Source: an uncultured Dorea sp. (lineage in GTDB: Bacteria; Bacillota; Clostridia; Lachnospirales; Lachnospiraceae). From it: a DNA stretch of 64,000 nucleotides. A model generated the notes under the pieces. The model saw nothing but the letters and a program-made list of their open reading frames with translations, did no database searches and was not told where the DNA came from. A program made the position numbers and the translations under genes. Of this stretch, positions 28,944 through 38,362 are shown piece after piece (within the stretch, counting starts at the first letter, position 1; every line of letters starts with the position of its first letter). The stretch is from contig UQRE01000003.1 in the NCBI GenBank assembly GCA_900543415.1, positions 30,014 to 94,013 on the forward strand, written 5' to 3'.

Positions 28944-29924
28944 ATGAAGAAACTAACATTAACAAATTCAGCACAAAATAATACAACCGTACTGGAAAAT
29001 GAATTTATTGACCAGTATATGGTCAAAGCAAACGGAGAGTATGTGAAAGTATACCTTCTCCTTTTGCGCCATCAGAACGAATCTTCCACACCGCTTGGCA
29101 TCTCTCAGATTGCCGATATTTTAGAGGTGACAGAGAAAGATGTCATTCGTGCGCTAAATTATTGGAATAAACAGGGGCTTTTGGAATACGAGTCTGCAGA
29201 GACTGCTCCGGCCGCTTCACCTAAGCCGGCTCCGGCTGTTGTTTCAGAGCTTTCTTCCAAGGTTCCTGACATCCGGCAGTTTAAGAGCCGCAAGGAATTT
29301 AAGGAACTGTTATTTGTAGCAGAACAATATCTTGGTAAGACGTTATCTGTCACCGATATTGACACGATCACTTATTTCTATGAAACATTGAAAATGTCTG
29401 TGGAATTGATCGAATATCTGATTGAATACTGCGTTGAAAACGGTCACAAAAGCATGCATTATATTCAAAAGGTTGCTCTTTCATGGCACAAGCAGGATAT
29501 AAAGACTGTCGATCAGGCAAAAACAAGCTCATTGCTTTATAATAAAAACTGTTATTCGATTTTAAACGCATACGGAATCAAAGGTCGTGCTCCGGCGGCT
29601 TCCGAGATTGCATACATTCGTAAGTGGAACGAAGAATACGCTTTCAGTTTGGATATTATTCTGGAAGCATGTAACCGGACAATGAATGCAATTCATCAGC
29701 CAAGCTTCGACTATACGGATTCTATCTTAAAGAAATGGCACGCGCAAAATGTACGCCATCTCAAAGATATTGCCGCTCTCGACGCTTCTTTTACCCGCGA
29801 AAAAGAACTGAAGAAAAAACAGACTGTAAAGACGCCTGTTGTAAAAACCACAAATAAATTTAACAATTTTGAAAGTCGTTCCTACGATATGAATGAATTG
29901 GAACGCAAATTAGTACAACAATAA
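28944..29924 (+). CDS. DnaD-domain replication initiation/membrane attachment protein (DnaB-like, two DDBH2 repeats)
   Basis: An N-terminal winged-helix-like region and two C-terminal repeats with the Y..IL..W motif (HYIQKVALSWHKQ; DYTDSILKKWHAQ). The ORF opens at 28911 but RBS evidence favours 28944. Confidence 0.75.
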   Translation: MKKLTLTNSAQNNTTVLENEFIDQYMVKANGEYVKVYLLLLRHQNESSTPLGISQIADILEVTEKDVIRALNYWNKQGLLEYESAETAPAASPKPAPAVVSELSSKVPDIRQFKSRKEFKELLFVAEQYLGKTLSVTDIDTITYFYETLKMSVELIEYLIEYCVENGHKSMHYIQKVALSWHKQDIKTVDQAKTSSLLYNKNCYSILNAYGIKGRAPAASEIAYIRKWNEEYAFSLDIILEACNRTMNAIHQPSFDYTDSILKKWHAQNVRHLKDIAALDASFTREKELKKKQTVKTPVVKTTNKFNNFESRSYDMNELERKLVQQ

Positions 29925-29953
29925 CACTTGTAAACAGAGGAGAACTGCTTTTC

Positions 29954-30967
29954 ATGGCACTTTCGAATGCTCAGTACGATGAATTGATGCGTACATACGA
30001 ACAACGACAATTAGATAATGAACATGCGCTTCGTAAACGTTACGAAACTGCCCGTTCTATGATTCCTGAACTCTCCGCTTTGGATGATGCCATATCATCA
30101 AGCAGTATCAAACAGGCCCGTCTCTTACTGGACGGACACGAAGATGCACTCAGCGAGCTCAAAAAGGAAATCTCGCGTCTTTCTGCACAGAAGCAAGCTC
30201 TTCTTTGTTCTCACGGATTTCCGGAAAATTATCTGGAACTCCACTATCTCTGCCCGGACTGTAAAGACACGGGTTACATTGGTACGAATAAATGCCACTG
30301 TTTCAAAAAAGCAATTGTGGATTTATTATATACACAGTCAAATTTGCAGGAAATTCTGGAAAAGGAAAACTTCTCTACGTTTTCTCTTGATTATTATTCC
30401 AGCAACCACAAAGATCCGCTTACCGGCCGATCTTCACTGGAAGCTATACAGACTGCCCTGCACATCTGCCATGAATTTGTAGATACATTCTCTGAAGATT
30501 TCCGCAACATACTATTATACGGCGATACCGGTGTAGGAAAGACATTTCTCTCTCACTGCATTGCCAAGGAAGTCATGGACAGTTCTTATTCTGTCATTTA
30601 TTTCTCGGCTTCCCGGCTCTTTGATGTGCTCGCCAACAATGTGTTTGGAAAAAAGGATGAGGAAACAGACGATTCTCTGGATTATATTTATAATTGTGAT
30701 CTGCTCATTATTGATGACTTGGGAACTGAGCTTGCCAATACTTTTACTACATCACAGCTTTTTTCCTGTCTCAACGAGCGTATCCTTCGCCGGAAGTCGA
30801 CCATTATCTCAACAAATCTGGCACTTGACGATATTAAAACTATTTATTCAGAACGTATCTTCTCACGGATCAGCAGCCACTATACTATGCTCAGGCTCAC
30901 CGGAGATGATATTCGCATCCAAAAAAAATTATTAAACTTGGGAGGTACAAATGATGTTACGCCGTAA
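29954..30967 (+). CDS. dnaI: Primosomal helicase loader DnaI/DnaC family
   Basis: N-terminal zinc module CPDCKDTGYIGTNKCHC and a C-terminal AAA+ IstB-like domain (Walker A GDTGVGKT, Walker B LLIIDDLG). Confidence 0.85.
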   Translation: MALSNAQYDELMRTYEQRQLDNEHALRKRYETARSMIPELSALDDAISSSSIKQARLLLDGHEDALSELKKEISRLSAQKQALLCSHGFPENYLELHYLCPDCKDTGYIGTNKCHCFKKAIVDLLYTQSNLQEILEKENFSTFSLDYYSSNHKDPLTGRSSLEAIQTALHICHEFVDTFSEDFRNILLYGDTGVGKTFLSHCIAKEVMDSSYSVIYFSASRLFDVLANNVFGKKDEETDDSLDYIYNCDLLIIDDLGTELANTFTTSQLFSCLNERILRRKSTIISTNLALDDIKTIYSERIFSRISSHYTMLRLTGDDIRIQKKLLNLGGTNDVTP

Positions 30968-32141
30968 TGAACGTATTTTGGACAACATACCGGTTGGGTC
31001 TCTGGGAATCATTGCCTTAGATGGCTGCACCGAGATGGGAAACAAGGTCAACGACTACATCGTAAAATGGCGCCATGAAGACGGACATGCACACAAGGAT
31101 GATGTTGTTTTCCATGGCTATGAAAGAGACAACTATTTGATTGAGGCTAATACTCCTCGTTTTGGTTCAGGGGAAGCCAAAGGTATTATCAAAGAATCTG
31201 TAAGAGGTATGGATCTCTACTTAATGGTTGATGTATGTAATTACAGCCTCACCTACTCCCTTTCCGGAAAAACAAATCACATGTCACCGGACGATCATTT
31301 TCAGAATCTGAAACGTATGATTGCCGCAATCGGTGGAAAAGGCCGACGCATTAATGTTATTATGCCTTTCCTGTATGAAAGCCGTCAGCACAAAAGAAGC
31401 AGCCGTGAATCTCTCGACTGCGCATTGGCTCTTCAGGAGCTTGTACGCATGGGTGTTGATAATATTATCACCTTTGACGCGCACGACCCGCGTGTACAGA
31501 ACGCAATCCCTCTGAGCGGATTTGAGACAGTTCGTCCGACTTATCAGTTTGTAAAAGGACTTCTTCGCACCTACAAAGATCTTCAGATCGACAGCGACCA
31601 CATGATGGTAATCAGCCCGGATGAAGGTGCTACTGCCCGTGCTGTTTATCTCGCCAACGTTCTGAATCTTGATATGGGAATGTTCTATAAGAGACGTGAT
31701 TATACACAGATTGTAAATGGACGCAACCCAATCGTTGCCCATGAATTTTTAGGCTCTTCCGTAGAAGGAAAAGACGTCATCATTTTAGACGATATGATCT
31801 CTTCCGGTGACAGTATTTTAGATGTTGCAAAGCAGTTAAAACAAAGAAAAGCAAAACGAATTTTTGCAGCTGCTACTTTCGGACTGTTCACCAACGGTCT
31901 TGCTAAATTCGATCAGGCATACGAGGAAGGTATGATTGATGGTATTCTTACAACAAACTTGATCTATCAGACACCGGAATTACTGGAAAGACCTTATTAT
32001 ATTAACTGTGATATGAGTAAATATATTGCATTAATGATCGATACTTTGAACCACGATGGTTCTATCAGCAGTATCTTATCGCCAAATGAGCGTATCCAGA
32101 ACATCGTAAGAAAATACAAAAACGGAGAGGAAGTCGTTTAG
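30951..32141 (+). CDS. prs: Ribose-phosphate pyrophosphokinase family protein (extended 396-aa form)
   Basis: PRPP synthetase N- and C-domains with the PRPP-binding loop DDMISSGDS. An N-terminal extension and insertions are present, and it overlaps dnaI by 17 nt. Confidence 0.8.
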   Translation: MMLRRNERILDNIPVGSLGIIALDGCTEMGNKVNDYIVKWRHEDGHAHKDDVVFHGYERDNYLIEANTPRFGSGEAKGIIKESVRGMDLYLMVDVCNYSLTYSLSGKTNHMSPDDHFQNLKRMIAAIGGKGRRINVIMPFLYESRQHKRSSRESLDCALALQELVRMGVDNIITFDAHDPRVQNAIPLSGFETVRPTYQFVKGLLRTYKDLQIDSDHMMVISPDEGATARAVYLANVLNLDMGMFYKRRDYTQIVNGRNPIVAHEFLGSSVEGKDVIILDDMISSGDSILDVAKQLKQRKAKRIFAAATFGLFTNGLAKFDQAYEEGMIDGILTTNLIYQTPELLERPYYINCDMSKYIALMIDTLNHDGSISSILSPNERIQNIVRKYKNGEEVV

Positions 32142-33694
32142 ACTTCCTCTTTCTTATATGGAATATGTAATTTTCTCAAAATAGCCTCTTCTCTCTTCTG
32201 ACAAGTAAAGATCAATACTTGCTTTTTATTCCTTGCCAGCCATTTTAATGTGTTTTCCAAACGTACATCATCATAATAGGCAAAGGTATCATCCAGAATA
32301 ACCGGAAGCTCCTCTCTTCCTAATACATCTACCGCCGCCATACGGAGTGCAAAATAAATCTGCTCGATCGTTCCTCTGCTTAATTGAGAAACCGGTATCT
32401 TTCTCCCTTCACTGATAAGACTCATCTTAAGCTGGTCTTCAACTACAAGTCTATTATATTTCCCACCGGTAATTTCTCGTATAATAGAAGACACTTGATC
32501 ATTTAATTCTTCTCCCATCTTACTTTCCAATTTCCGTGATAATTCTTCCAGCTTATTCGCGGCAAATTGTACAGAAGCACGTTCTTTTTCTATCCCTTTT
32601 ACAGAATCATCCAATTCATCCAGCTCCGCAATCTGCTCCTGTAAATTAGAATACTCTATTTCACGATCCTTTAATTCTTCTTTTGTATGTGCAAGCTCCC
32701 ATTTCAATTTTTCAATAGATGCTTTTTCTTCCTCCGGCGTAATCTCTTCCAACAACTTTTCCGGCTCCGTCTTTTCCCGTTTCTTTCCCACTTTCATTCG
32801 ATTCCAGACATAAATTCCGCAACTTAGAAACAATATAATTGCCACCAGATAATTCCACGGTTGATGAAGCAAGAACATTGGTAAAATAATGATTAATGCA
32901 AATACCAATAATTCTAATGGGTGAATTCGCCATTTTTCCGGTCGAATCTCATCGATAACACCTTTATTTTCTGTTTCCCGCTCCGCCTTTTCTCTTTCCT
33001 GCTCTTGACGAACCGCAATCTCTTCCTCCAGACACCGCTGTTCCTCTCGCAGCTTATGTATGTCTCTCCATATATAGGAAGCCTCCTGCTCTTTATGCTC
33101 TCTCTGCCTCTGCTTCTTTTGAAGCGCTGCTTTTAACTGACGTTCCAGTTCTTTTCTTCGCTCCTTCAGCTGATTGAAGGCTCCCGTAAGATTCATATCT
33201 CCGCCTCCACCGGCATAATAATTTGTAGCAAAATCCCTTAACTCATCCGCCAGTGTGCGATCCGTCTCTATTTTTAATTGTCCGATAGACACCGTATTCT
33301 CATAAGAAGCTGCATTCACTCCATCGAGCAGTATTTCAAGATCTCCATTTTCCACAGATAGTTCTTCACCATCATCCTCACAGATTAACTGAACTTTTTT
33401 TGAAACTTTATCAAAATCTCTGCGAATACAAAAATGTTTCCCTCCACTTTCAAATCTTAAGATTCCCGAATAATAATTGGGATTTTCCCACGGTTCATAC
33501 CGTGTAAAAGTATCATTCGACGATGCTCTGCCGCGCTTTCTTTCCATGCCAAACAGCATGCACTTAATAAAAGTATGAATCGTTGATTTCCCCGACTCAT
33601 TTTCTCCATAAAACAGCTGAATCCCATCTGAGAGACGAATCTTTTTTTCTGTGAATTTTCCGAAATTTTTAATTACTAACTCTGCAATCTGCAT
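32138..33694 (-). CDS. SMC/SbcC-like ATPase with internal TM hairpin (YhaN/SbcE-like)
   Basis: 518 aa with Walker A GENESGKST, coiled-coil segments, two hydrophobic helices (LLVFALIIILPMFLL; LVAIILFLSCGIYVW), ABC signature LSRGTIEQ and D-loop ILDDTFAYYD. Confidence 0.75.
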   Translation of the reverse strand: MQIAELVIKNFGKFTEKKIRLSDGIQLFYGENESGKSTIHTFIKCMLFGMERKRGRASSNDTFTRYEPWENPNYYSGILRFESGGKHFCIRRDFDKVSKKVQLICEDDGEELSVENGDLEILLDGVNAASYENTVSIGQLKIETDRTLADELRDFATNYYAGGGGDMNLTGAFNQLKERRKELERQLKAALQKKQRQREHKEQEASYIWRDIHKLREEQRCLEEEIAVRQEQEREKAERETENKGVIDEIRPEKWRIHPLELLVFALIIILPMFLLHQPWNYLVAIILFLSCGIYVWNRMKVGKKREKTEPEKLLEEITPEEEKASIEKLKWELAHTKEELKDREIEYSNLQEQIAELDELDDSVKGIEKERASVQFAANKLEELSRKLESKMGEELNDQVSSIIREITGGKYNRLVVEDQLKMSLISEGRKIPVSQLSRGTIEQIYFALRMAAVDVLGREELPVILDDTFAYYDDVRLENTLKWLARNKKQVLIFTCQKREEAILRKLHIPYKKEEV

Positions 33695-33695
33695 A

Positions 33696-34751
33696 CTAAT
33701 CCCTTCTTGTCTCCATGAGCGCTTTTACTCCTTCGCACATAGCCCCATATTCTATACTCTCCCTATCATAGTCCTTTAACTCTTGAATAAAATAACCTAA
33801 AATATTGTGAGCATTATTTGTCATAATTCGTTCAAAATCATATGCCGGTGCTGTCTCATCTGAAATTTCAATTATATTTCCGTAGACATCCATACCGGAC
33901 AGGTCAAATCGGACTTCCGGATCTCGAAATCCTGTCAGGATTATTTTATACATATTTTGCTGTCCATTTTCCCGAATTACCCGATCGATTTTCTCTCTTA
34001 ATGCGAATCCCGTCATATCCGGTGTCACTTCCACCTCAACGTGGCAATATTCTCTTTTGGCGTTTGGAACAAATCTTGTTTTACAACCACGCTCCGTAAT
34101 CTCACCGATAATATAACCATGCTGTCCCACATCATTTTTATCAATCGGTTCTAATGCTCCGCAATATGCAATTTTATCTTTCACCAAAGACTGTGGTTTA
34201 TGGATATGTCCAAGGGCAATATAATCATATCCACACTTTAGTAGTTTCTCTTTTTGGAATGGTACATGCGATTCATCACCTCCATGCAAAAGCAAAACTT
34301 CATATTTTTGTTTATGTTCGGCATTTTTTTCTTGACATGTACACTCTTTAATTTCTCTTTTATGATAACTGAATCCTGATACTGCTGTTTCAAACTCCGG
34401 AAACTCTATAGTTTCCAGAGTTTCTTCCAATAACACATGTACATTTGAAGGCCACGAATATGTACGATAATAAGAATCAGCTTTTATGTAATCATGATTT
34501 CCTGCTGTCAGCACCACTTGTGTATGTGACAGCTTGCCTAACAAATAGCCAACTTCTTTTAGCTCTCTTAAAAGTGGCTGGCGATGAAATAAATCTCCCA
34601 CAATCAAAAGCAGATCCATTTCCTCTTTCTCGCATATCTCTATCACTTGTTGGAAGCTATTCCATATTTCCCTTTCCCGCTTTTGTGTGTAAGCGGTTCC
34701 GGCGTCCGGCTTTGCCCCTAAATGAATGTCCGCGGTGTGTAGAAACTTCAT
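33696..34751 (-). CDS. SbcD/Mre11-family metallophosphoesterase (YhaO/SbcF-like)
   Basis: 351 aa with nuclease motifs DIHLG, GDLFH, GNHD and GHIH. A strong RBS GGAGGAAGAA precedes the ATG. Confidence 0.8.
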   Translation of the reverse strand: MKFLHTADIHLGAKPDAGTAYTQKREREIWNSFQQVIEICEKEEMDLLLIVGDLFHRQPLLRELKEVGYLLGKLSHTQVVLTAGNHDYIKADSYYRTYSWPSNVHVLLEETLETIEFPEFETAVSGFSYHKREIKECTCQEKNAEHKQKYEVLLLHGGDESHVPFQKEKLLKCGYDYIALGHIHKPQSLVKDKIAYCGALEPIDKNDVGQHGYIIGEITERGCKTRFVPNAKREYCHVEVEVTPDMTGFALREKIDRVIRENGQQNMYKIILTGFRDPEVRFDLSGMDVYGNIIEISDETAPAYDFERIMTNNAHNILGYFIQELKDYDRESIEYGAMCEGVKALMETRRD

Positions 34752-35895
34752 TCGGTTCTTCCTCCTCTTCCTGCTTCTTAGACGGCAGCGTCACAATAAA
34801 CTGCGTGCGAAGGTCATTACTCTTTGCCATCACACTTCCACCATGCAGCTCTACAATTTCTTTCGCGATAGCAAGTCCAAGGCCTGCTCCTCCGGTTCCG
34901 CTGCTCCTTGAACCATCCACACGATAGAATTTCTCAAAAATTGTCTGCAGCATTGTTCCCGGAATTTTATCTCCTTCATTGCTGAAGATAATCTCTATAT
35001 TTCCATTCTTCGCTTTTGCCTCTATCTCAATCTTCGTTCCCTCGTAACAATAGGCAATTGCATTTCGTAAAATATTGTCAAAGACACGAGCCAGTTTATC
35101 CGGATCTCCGGTCACTTCCAGATTCTCCTCCACATCCACTTCGCAACTTAAATGTTTCTCTTGAAGCACTGCATACAGCTCATCCGCCAATTGTTCTAAC
35201 ATCAATGACAAATGGATATCTACCGGCTCCAATTCTATGTCTTGAAGATTATACCGAGTGATATCAAAAAACTCATTTATGAGCTCCCCAAGCCGTATAG
35301 ATTTCTCATGTGCGATATGGATATATTTTTCTCTCTCTTCCGCCGCCATCTCCGGATGCGTATCCAGCATCGTCAAATATGCAACAATTGAAGTAAGCGG
35401 TGTCTTTAAGTCATGAGCAAGAAAAAGCACCAAGTCATCTTTTCGTTTCTCGCCCTCAATAGACTCTAACTCCTGCCTCTTTAAAATAGCTTTAATTTCA
35501 TTTAGTCGGATCTCGATAGGTTTTAATTCTGTAATCAAATGAATTGGTTCCGTAGAATCCGATACAATATTTTCGATTCCATCTCCAACCTGATCCAAGT
35601 ATTTTGTCATTTTAGATAGCGCCACATAGAAAAATAAAGCAAATAAGAGAAGAAAGCCGACCACCATAAAGAATGTCTTATTATCCCCAATAAGACGCCA
35701 ATACAGATCAATCGCAGTCTTCTCTTCCACTTGAAACGCAGTCAATATGCTTATAAATGCTCTCGCAAACCAGTCGTTGTATATGCCATCGATTACATAA
35801 TTCAGCAAAAAACCGCCCACCAGTACCGTCAACGCTGTTACCAATACTGTCTGAAGCAATATACTGAACTTTAATTTCCGATAGTTATTCCTCAA
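34657..35895 (-). CDS. Sensor histidine kinase (two TM helices, HisKA, HATPase_c) with 38-aa C-terminal read-through tail
   Basis: 412 aa with H-box LAHDLKTPLTSI and N, G1 and G2 boxes. The tail after TLPSKK overlaps the start of the downstream gene. Confidence 0.85.
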   Translation of the reverse strand: MRNNYRKLKFSILLQTVLVTALTVLVGGFLLNYVIDGIYNDWFARAFISILTAFQVEEKTAIDLYWRLIGDNKTFFMVVGFLLLFALFFYVALSKMTKYLDQVGDGIENIVSDSTEPIHLITELKPIEIRLNEIKAILKRQELESIEGEKRKDDLVLFLAHDLKTPLTSIVAYLTMLDTHPEMAAEEREKYIHIAHEKSIRLGELINEFFDITRYNLQDIELEPVDIHLSLMLEQLADELYAVLQEKHLSCEVDVEENLEVTGDPDKLARVFDNILRNAIAYCYEGTKIEIEAKAKNGNIEIIFSNEGDKIPGTMLQTIFEKFYRVDGSRSSGTGGAGLGLAIAKEIVELHGGSVMAKSNDLRTQFIVTLPSKKQEEEEEPNEVSTHRGHSFRGKAGRRNRLHTKAGKGNME

Positions 35896-36580
35896 CTTTA
35901 TACCCCACTCCCCAAACGGTTTTAATGAAATCCGATTTTCCGGCAGGTGTATTCATCTTTTCACGTAGATGACGAATATGCACCATCACCGTATTGTTGC
36001 TGTTCTTGTAATATTTCTCATGCCATACTTTTTCGAAAAGCTCTTCAGAACTTATTACCTTTCCTCTGTTTTCACATAACAGCCATAAGATATCAAATTC
36101 AATCGGCGTCAATGTCAACGGAACTTCATTATATACACATTCGTGAGAGGTACGATTTAACTGAAGTCCTGCAAAGTCAATAATATCCCCTGCATCTTTT
36201 CCACCTTCATTATATTGTGTATATCTTCGTATCTGAGCCTTCACACGAGCCACAAGCTCCAGAGGATTGAAAGGCTTCGGTATATAATCATCTGCGCCTA
36301 ATGTAAGACCTGTGATCTTGTCCATATATTCCGTTTTCGCAGTCAGCATGATCACCGGAAATGTATACTTTTCACGAATCTGTTTCAAAATCTGAAATCC
36401 ATCCACATCCGGCAGCATAATATCCAGAATTGCCAGATCAATCTTCATACTCTTAATACAGTCAAGCGCTTCCTGCCCCGTATAAAACTTATACACATTA
36501 TATTGATCATTTTGCAGATATAATTCAATAACATCCGCAATCTCTTTCTCATCATCAACCACTAAAATATTCATACTCAT
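35885..36580 (-). CDS. OmpR/PhoB-family response regulator
   Basis: 231 aa receiver (DD..D..K) plus a winged-helix output domain. It overlaps the kinase gene by 11 nt. Confidence 0.9.
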   Translation of the reverse strand: MSMNILVVDDEKEIADVIELYLQNDQYNVYKFYTGQEALDCIKSMKIDLAILDIMLPDVDGFQILKQIREKYTFPVIMLTAKTEYMDKITGLTLGADDYIPKPFNPLELVARVKAQIRRYTQYNEGGKDAGDIIDFAGLQLNRTSHECVYNEVPLTLTPIEFDILWLLCENRGKVISSEELFEKVWHEKYYKNSNNTVMVHIRHLREKMNTPAGKSDFIKTVWGVGYKVEE

Positions 36581-36613
36581 AGAACCCCTCCTATCATGAT
36601 TCTATAATAAAAA

Positions 36614-36792
36614 AGTAACTATTCAGCTTTACAACCATCCCCCCAAGCTGCCAGGGCAGCCTCTTCGCCGCTTACGCAGCTATAGTTCTCGTTGAATGGC
36701 TAAACGCCATATGCCGCCACATCAGTTCAATCTATCGCAAATAAATTTGCACATCTCATACTGATGTGACAGCGCATAGCTGAATAGTTACT
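36614..36792 (-). repeat. 179-nt structured element bounded by a perfect 15-bp inverted repeat, terminator-like on the minus strand
   Basis: agtaactattcagct (36614-36628) is the reverse complement of agctgaatagttact (36778-36792). Nested inner palindromes include cacatcagt/actgatgtg, gcaaataaatttgc and gctgccagggcagc. The minus-strand RNA ends AGCUGAAUAGUUACUUUUUUAUUAU. Confidence 0.45.
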
Positions 36793-38182
36793 ATAAGTCG
36801 CAGTTATTTACAGTACGTGGGAATGGAATTACGTCACGGATATTGCCCATTCCTGTAAGATACATTACACATCTTTCAAATCCAAGACCAAATCCTGCAT
36901 GTCTTGTTGATCCGTATTTTCTAAGATCAAGGTAGAAGTCATAGTCTTCTTCTTTTAATCCCATCTCTTTCATACGTCCCAAAAGCTTTTCGTAATCATC
37001 TTCTCTCTGGCTTCCTCCGATGATCTCTCCGATTCCCGGAACGAGACAATCTACTGCTGCCACTGTCTTGCCGTCTTCATTTAATTTCATATAAAATGCC
37101 TTGATATCCTTCGGATAGTCGGTAACAAATACCGGACGCTTATACACTTCCTCTGTCAGATACCGTTCATGCTCTGTCTGAAGGTCTGCCCCCCAAGACA
37201 CTTTGTATTCAAATTTATCGTTGTTTTTCTCTAAGATCTCAATCGCTTCTGTATAAGTCACTCTTGCAAATTCAGAAGACACTACATTGTTCAATCTTTC
37301 TAACAATCCTTTATCTACAAAAGAATTAAAGAAATTCATCTCTTCCGGCGCATTCTCAAGAACATAGTTAATGACATATTTGAGCATGGACTCTGCCAAT
37401 ACCATATTGTCATCCAGATCAGCAAATGCAATCTCCGGCTCAATCATCCAGAACTCTGCCGCATGTCTTGTTGTGTTAGAATTTTCGGCACGGAATGTCG
37501 GTCCGAATGTATAGATGTTGCGGAATGCCTGCGCATAAGTCTCACCATTTAACTGCCCGCTTACCGTAAGGCTTGTCTCTTTATTAAAGAAATCCTGAGA
37601 GTAATCTACTTTACCGTCTTCTGTCTTCGGAACATTTTCCATATCCAGAGTTGTTACACGGAACATCTCTCCTGCGCCTTCACAGTCACTTCCTGTGATC
37701 AATGGTGTATGCACATACACAAATCCTCTCTCCTGGAAAAACTTATGAATCGCGTAAGCCGCCAGTGAACGCACGCGGAACACTGCCTGAAATGTATTGG
37801 TTCTCGGTCTTAAATGAGAAATTGTTCTTAAGTATTCGAAACTATGACGTTTCTTCTGCAATGGATAGTCCGGTGCGGATGCGCCTTCTACTTCCACAAT
37901 ATCTGCCTGAATCTCAAATGGCTGCTTTGCCTGTGGTGTTGCAACCAATGTTCCTGTTACGATGATCGCCGCTCCAACATTTAACTTGGACACCTCTGCA
38001 AAATTATCCATTGTATCATGGTACACAACCTGTAATGGTTCAAAAAATGAACCGTCATTTACTACAATAAATCCGAATGCCTTGGAGTCACGAATACTGC
38101 GTACCCATCCTCCAACTGTAATCTTCTTATCCAGATATTCTTCCTTATGTTTGTATAGTTCTCTAATGGTTATTAAATCCAT
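36791..38182 (-). CDS. asnS: Asparagine--tRNA ligase
   Basis: Class IIb aaRS with an N-terminal OB fold and motifs 1-3. RBS AAAGGAG supports a start at MDLITI (38182). The ORF opens at 38209. Confidence 0.9.
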   Translation of the reverse strand: MDLITIRELYKHKEEYLDKKITVGGWVRSIRDSKAFGFIVVNDGSFFEPLQVVYHDTMDNFAEVSKLNVGAAIIVTGTLVATPQAKQPFEIQADIVEVEGASAPDYPLQKKRHSFEYLRTISHLRPRTNTFQAVFRVRSLAAYAIHKFFQERGFVYVHTPLITGSDCEGAGEMFRVTTLDMENVPKTEDGKVDYSQDFFNKETSLTVSGQLNGETYAQAFRNIYTFGPTFRAENSNTTRHAAEFWMIEPEIAFADLDDNMVLAESMLKYVINYVLENAPEEMNFFNSFVDKGLLERLNNVVSSEFARVTYTEAIEILEKNNDKFEYKVSWGADLQTEHERYLTEEVYKRPVFVTDYPKDIKAFYMKLNEDGKTVAAVDCLVPGIGEIIGGSQREDDYEKLLGRMKEMGLKEEDYDFYLDLRKYGSTRHAGFGLGFERCVMYLTGMGNIRDVIPFPRTVNNCDL

Positions 38183-38362
38183 ATCTGCCTGCTCCTTTTC
38201 TATCATCACACTTTGTGGTTAGTATAACACATCTCTGCAAAATTTAAAAGTATAACAAACAGCAGGACACCTCTCTTTAAAGAAATAGAGAAATGCCCTG
38301 CCATCCTAATTTTCTAATTCCAAATTTCCTGCCGCAATTTCGCTTCTACATTGCTAAACCAC

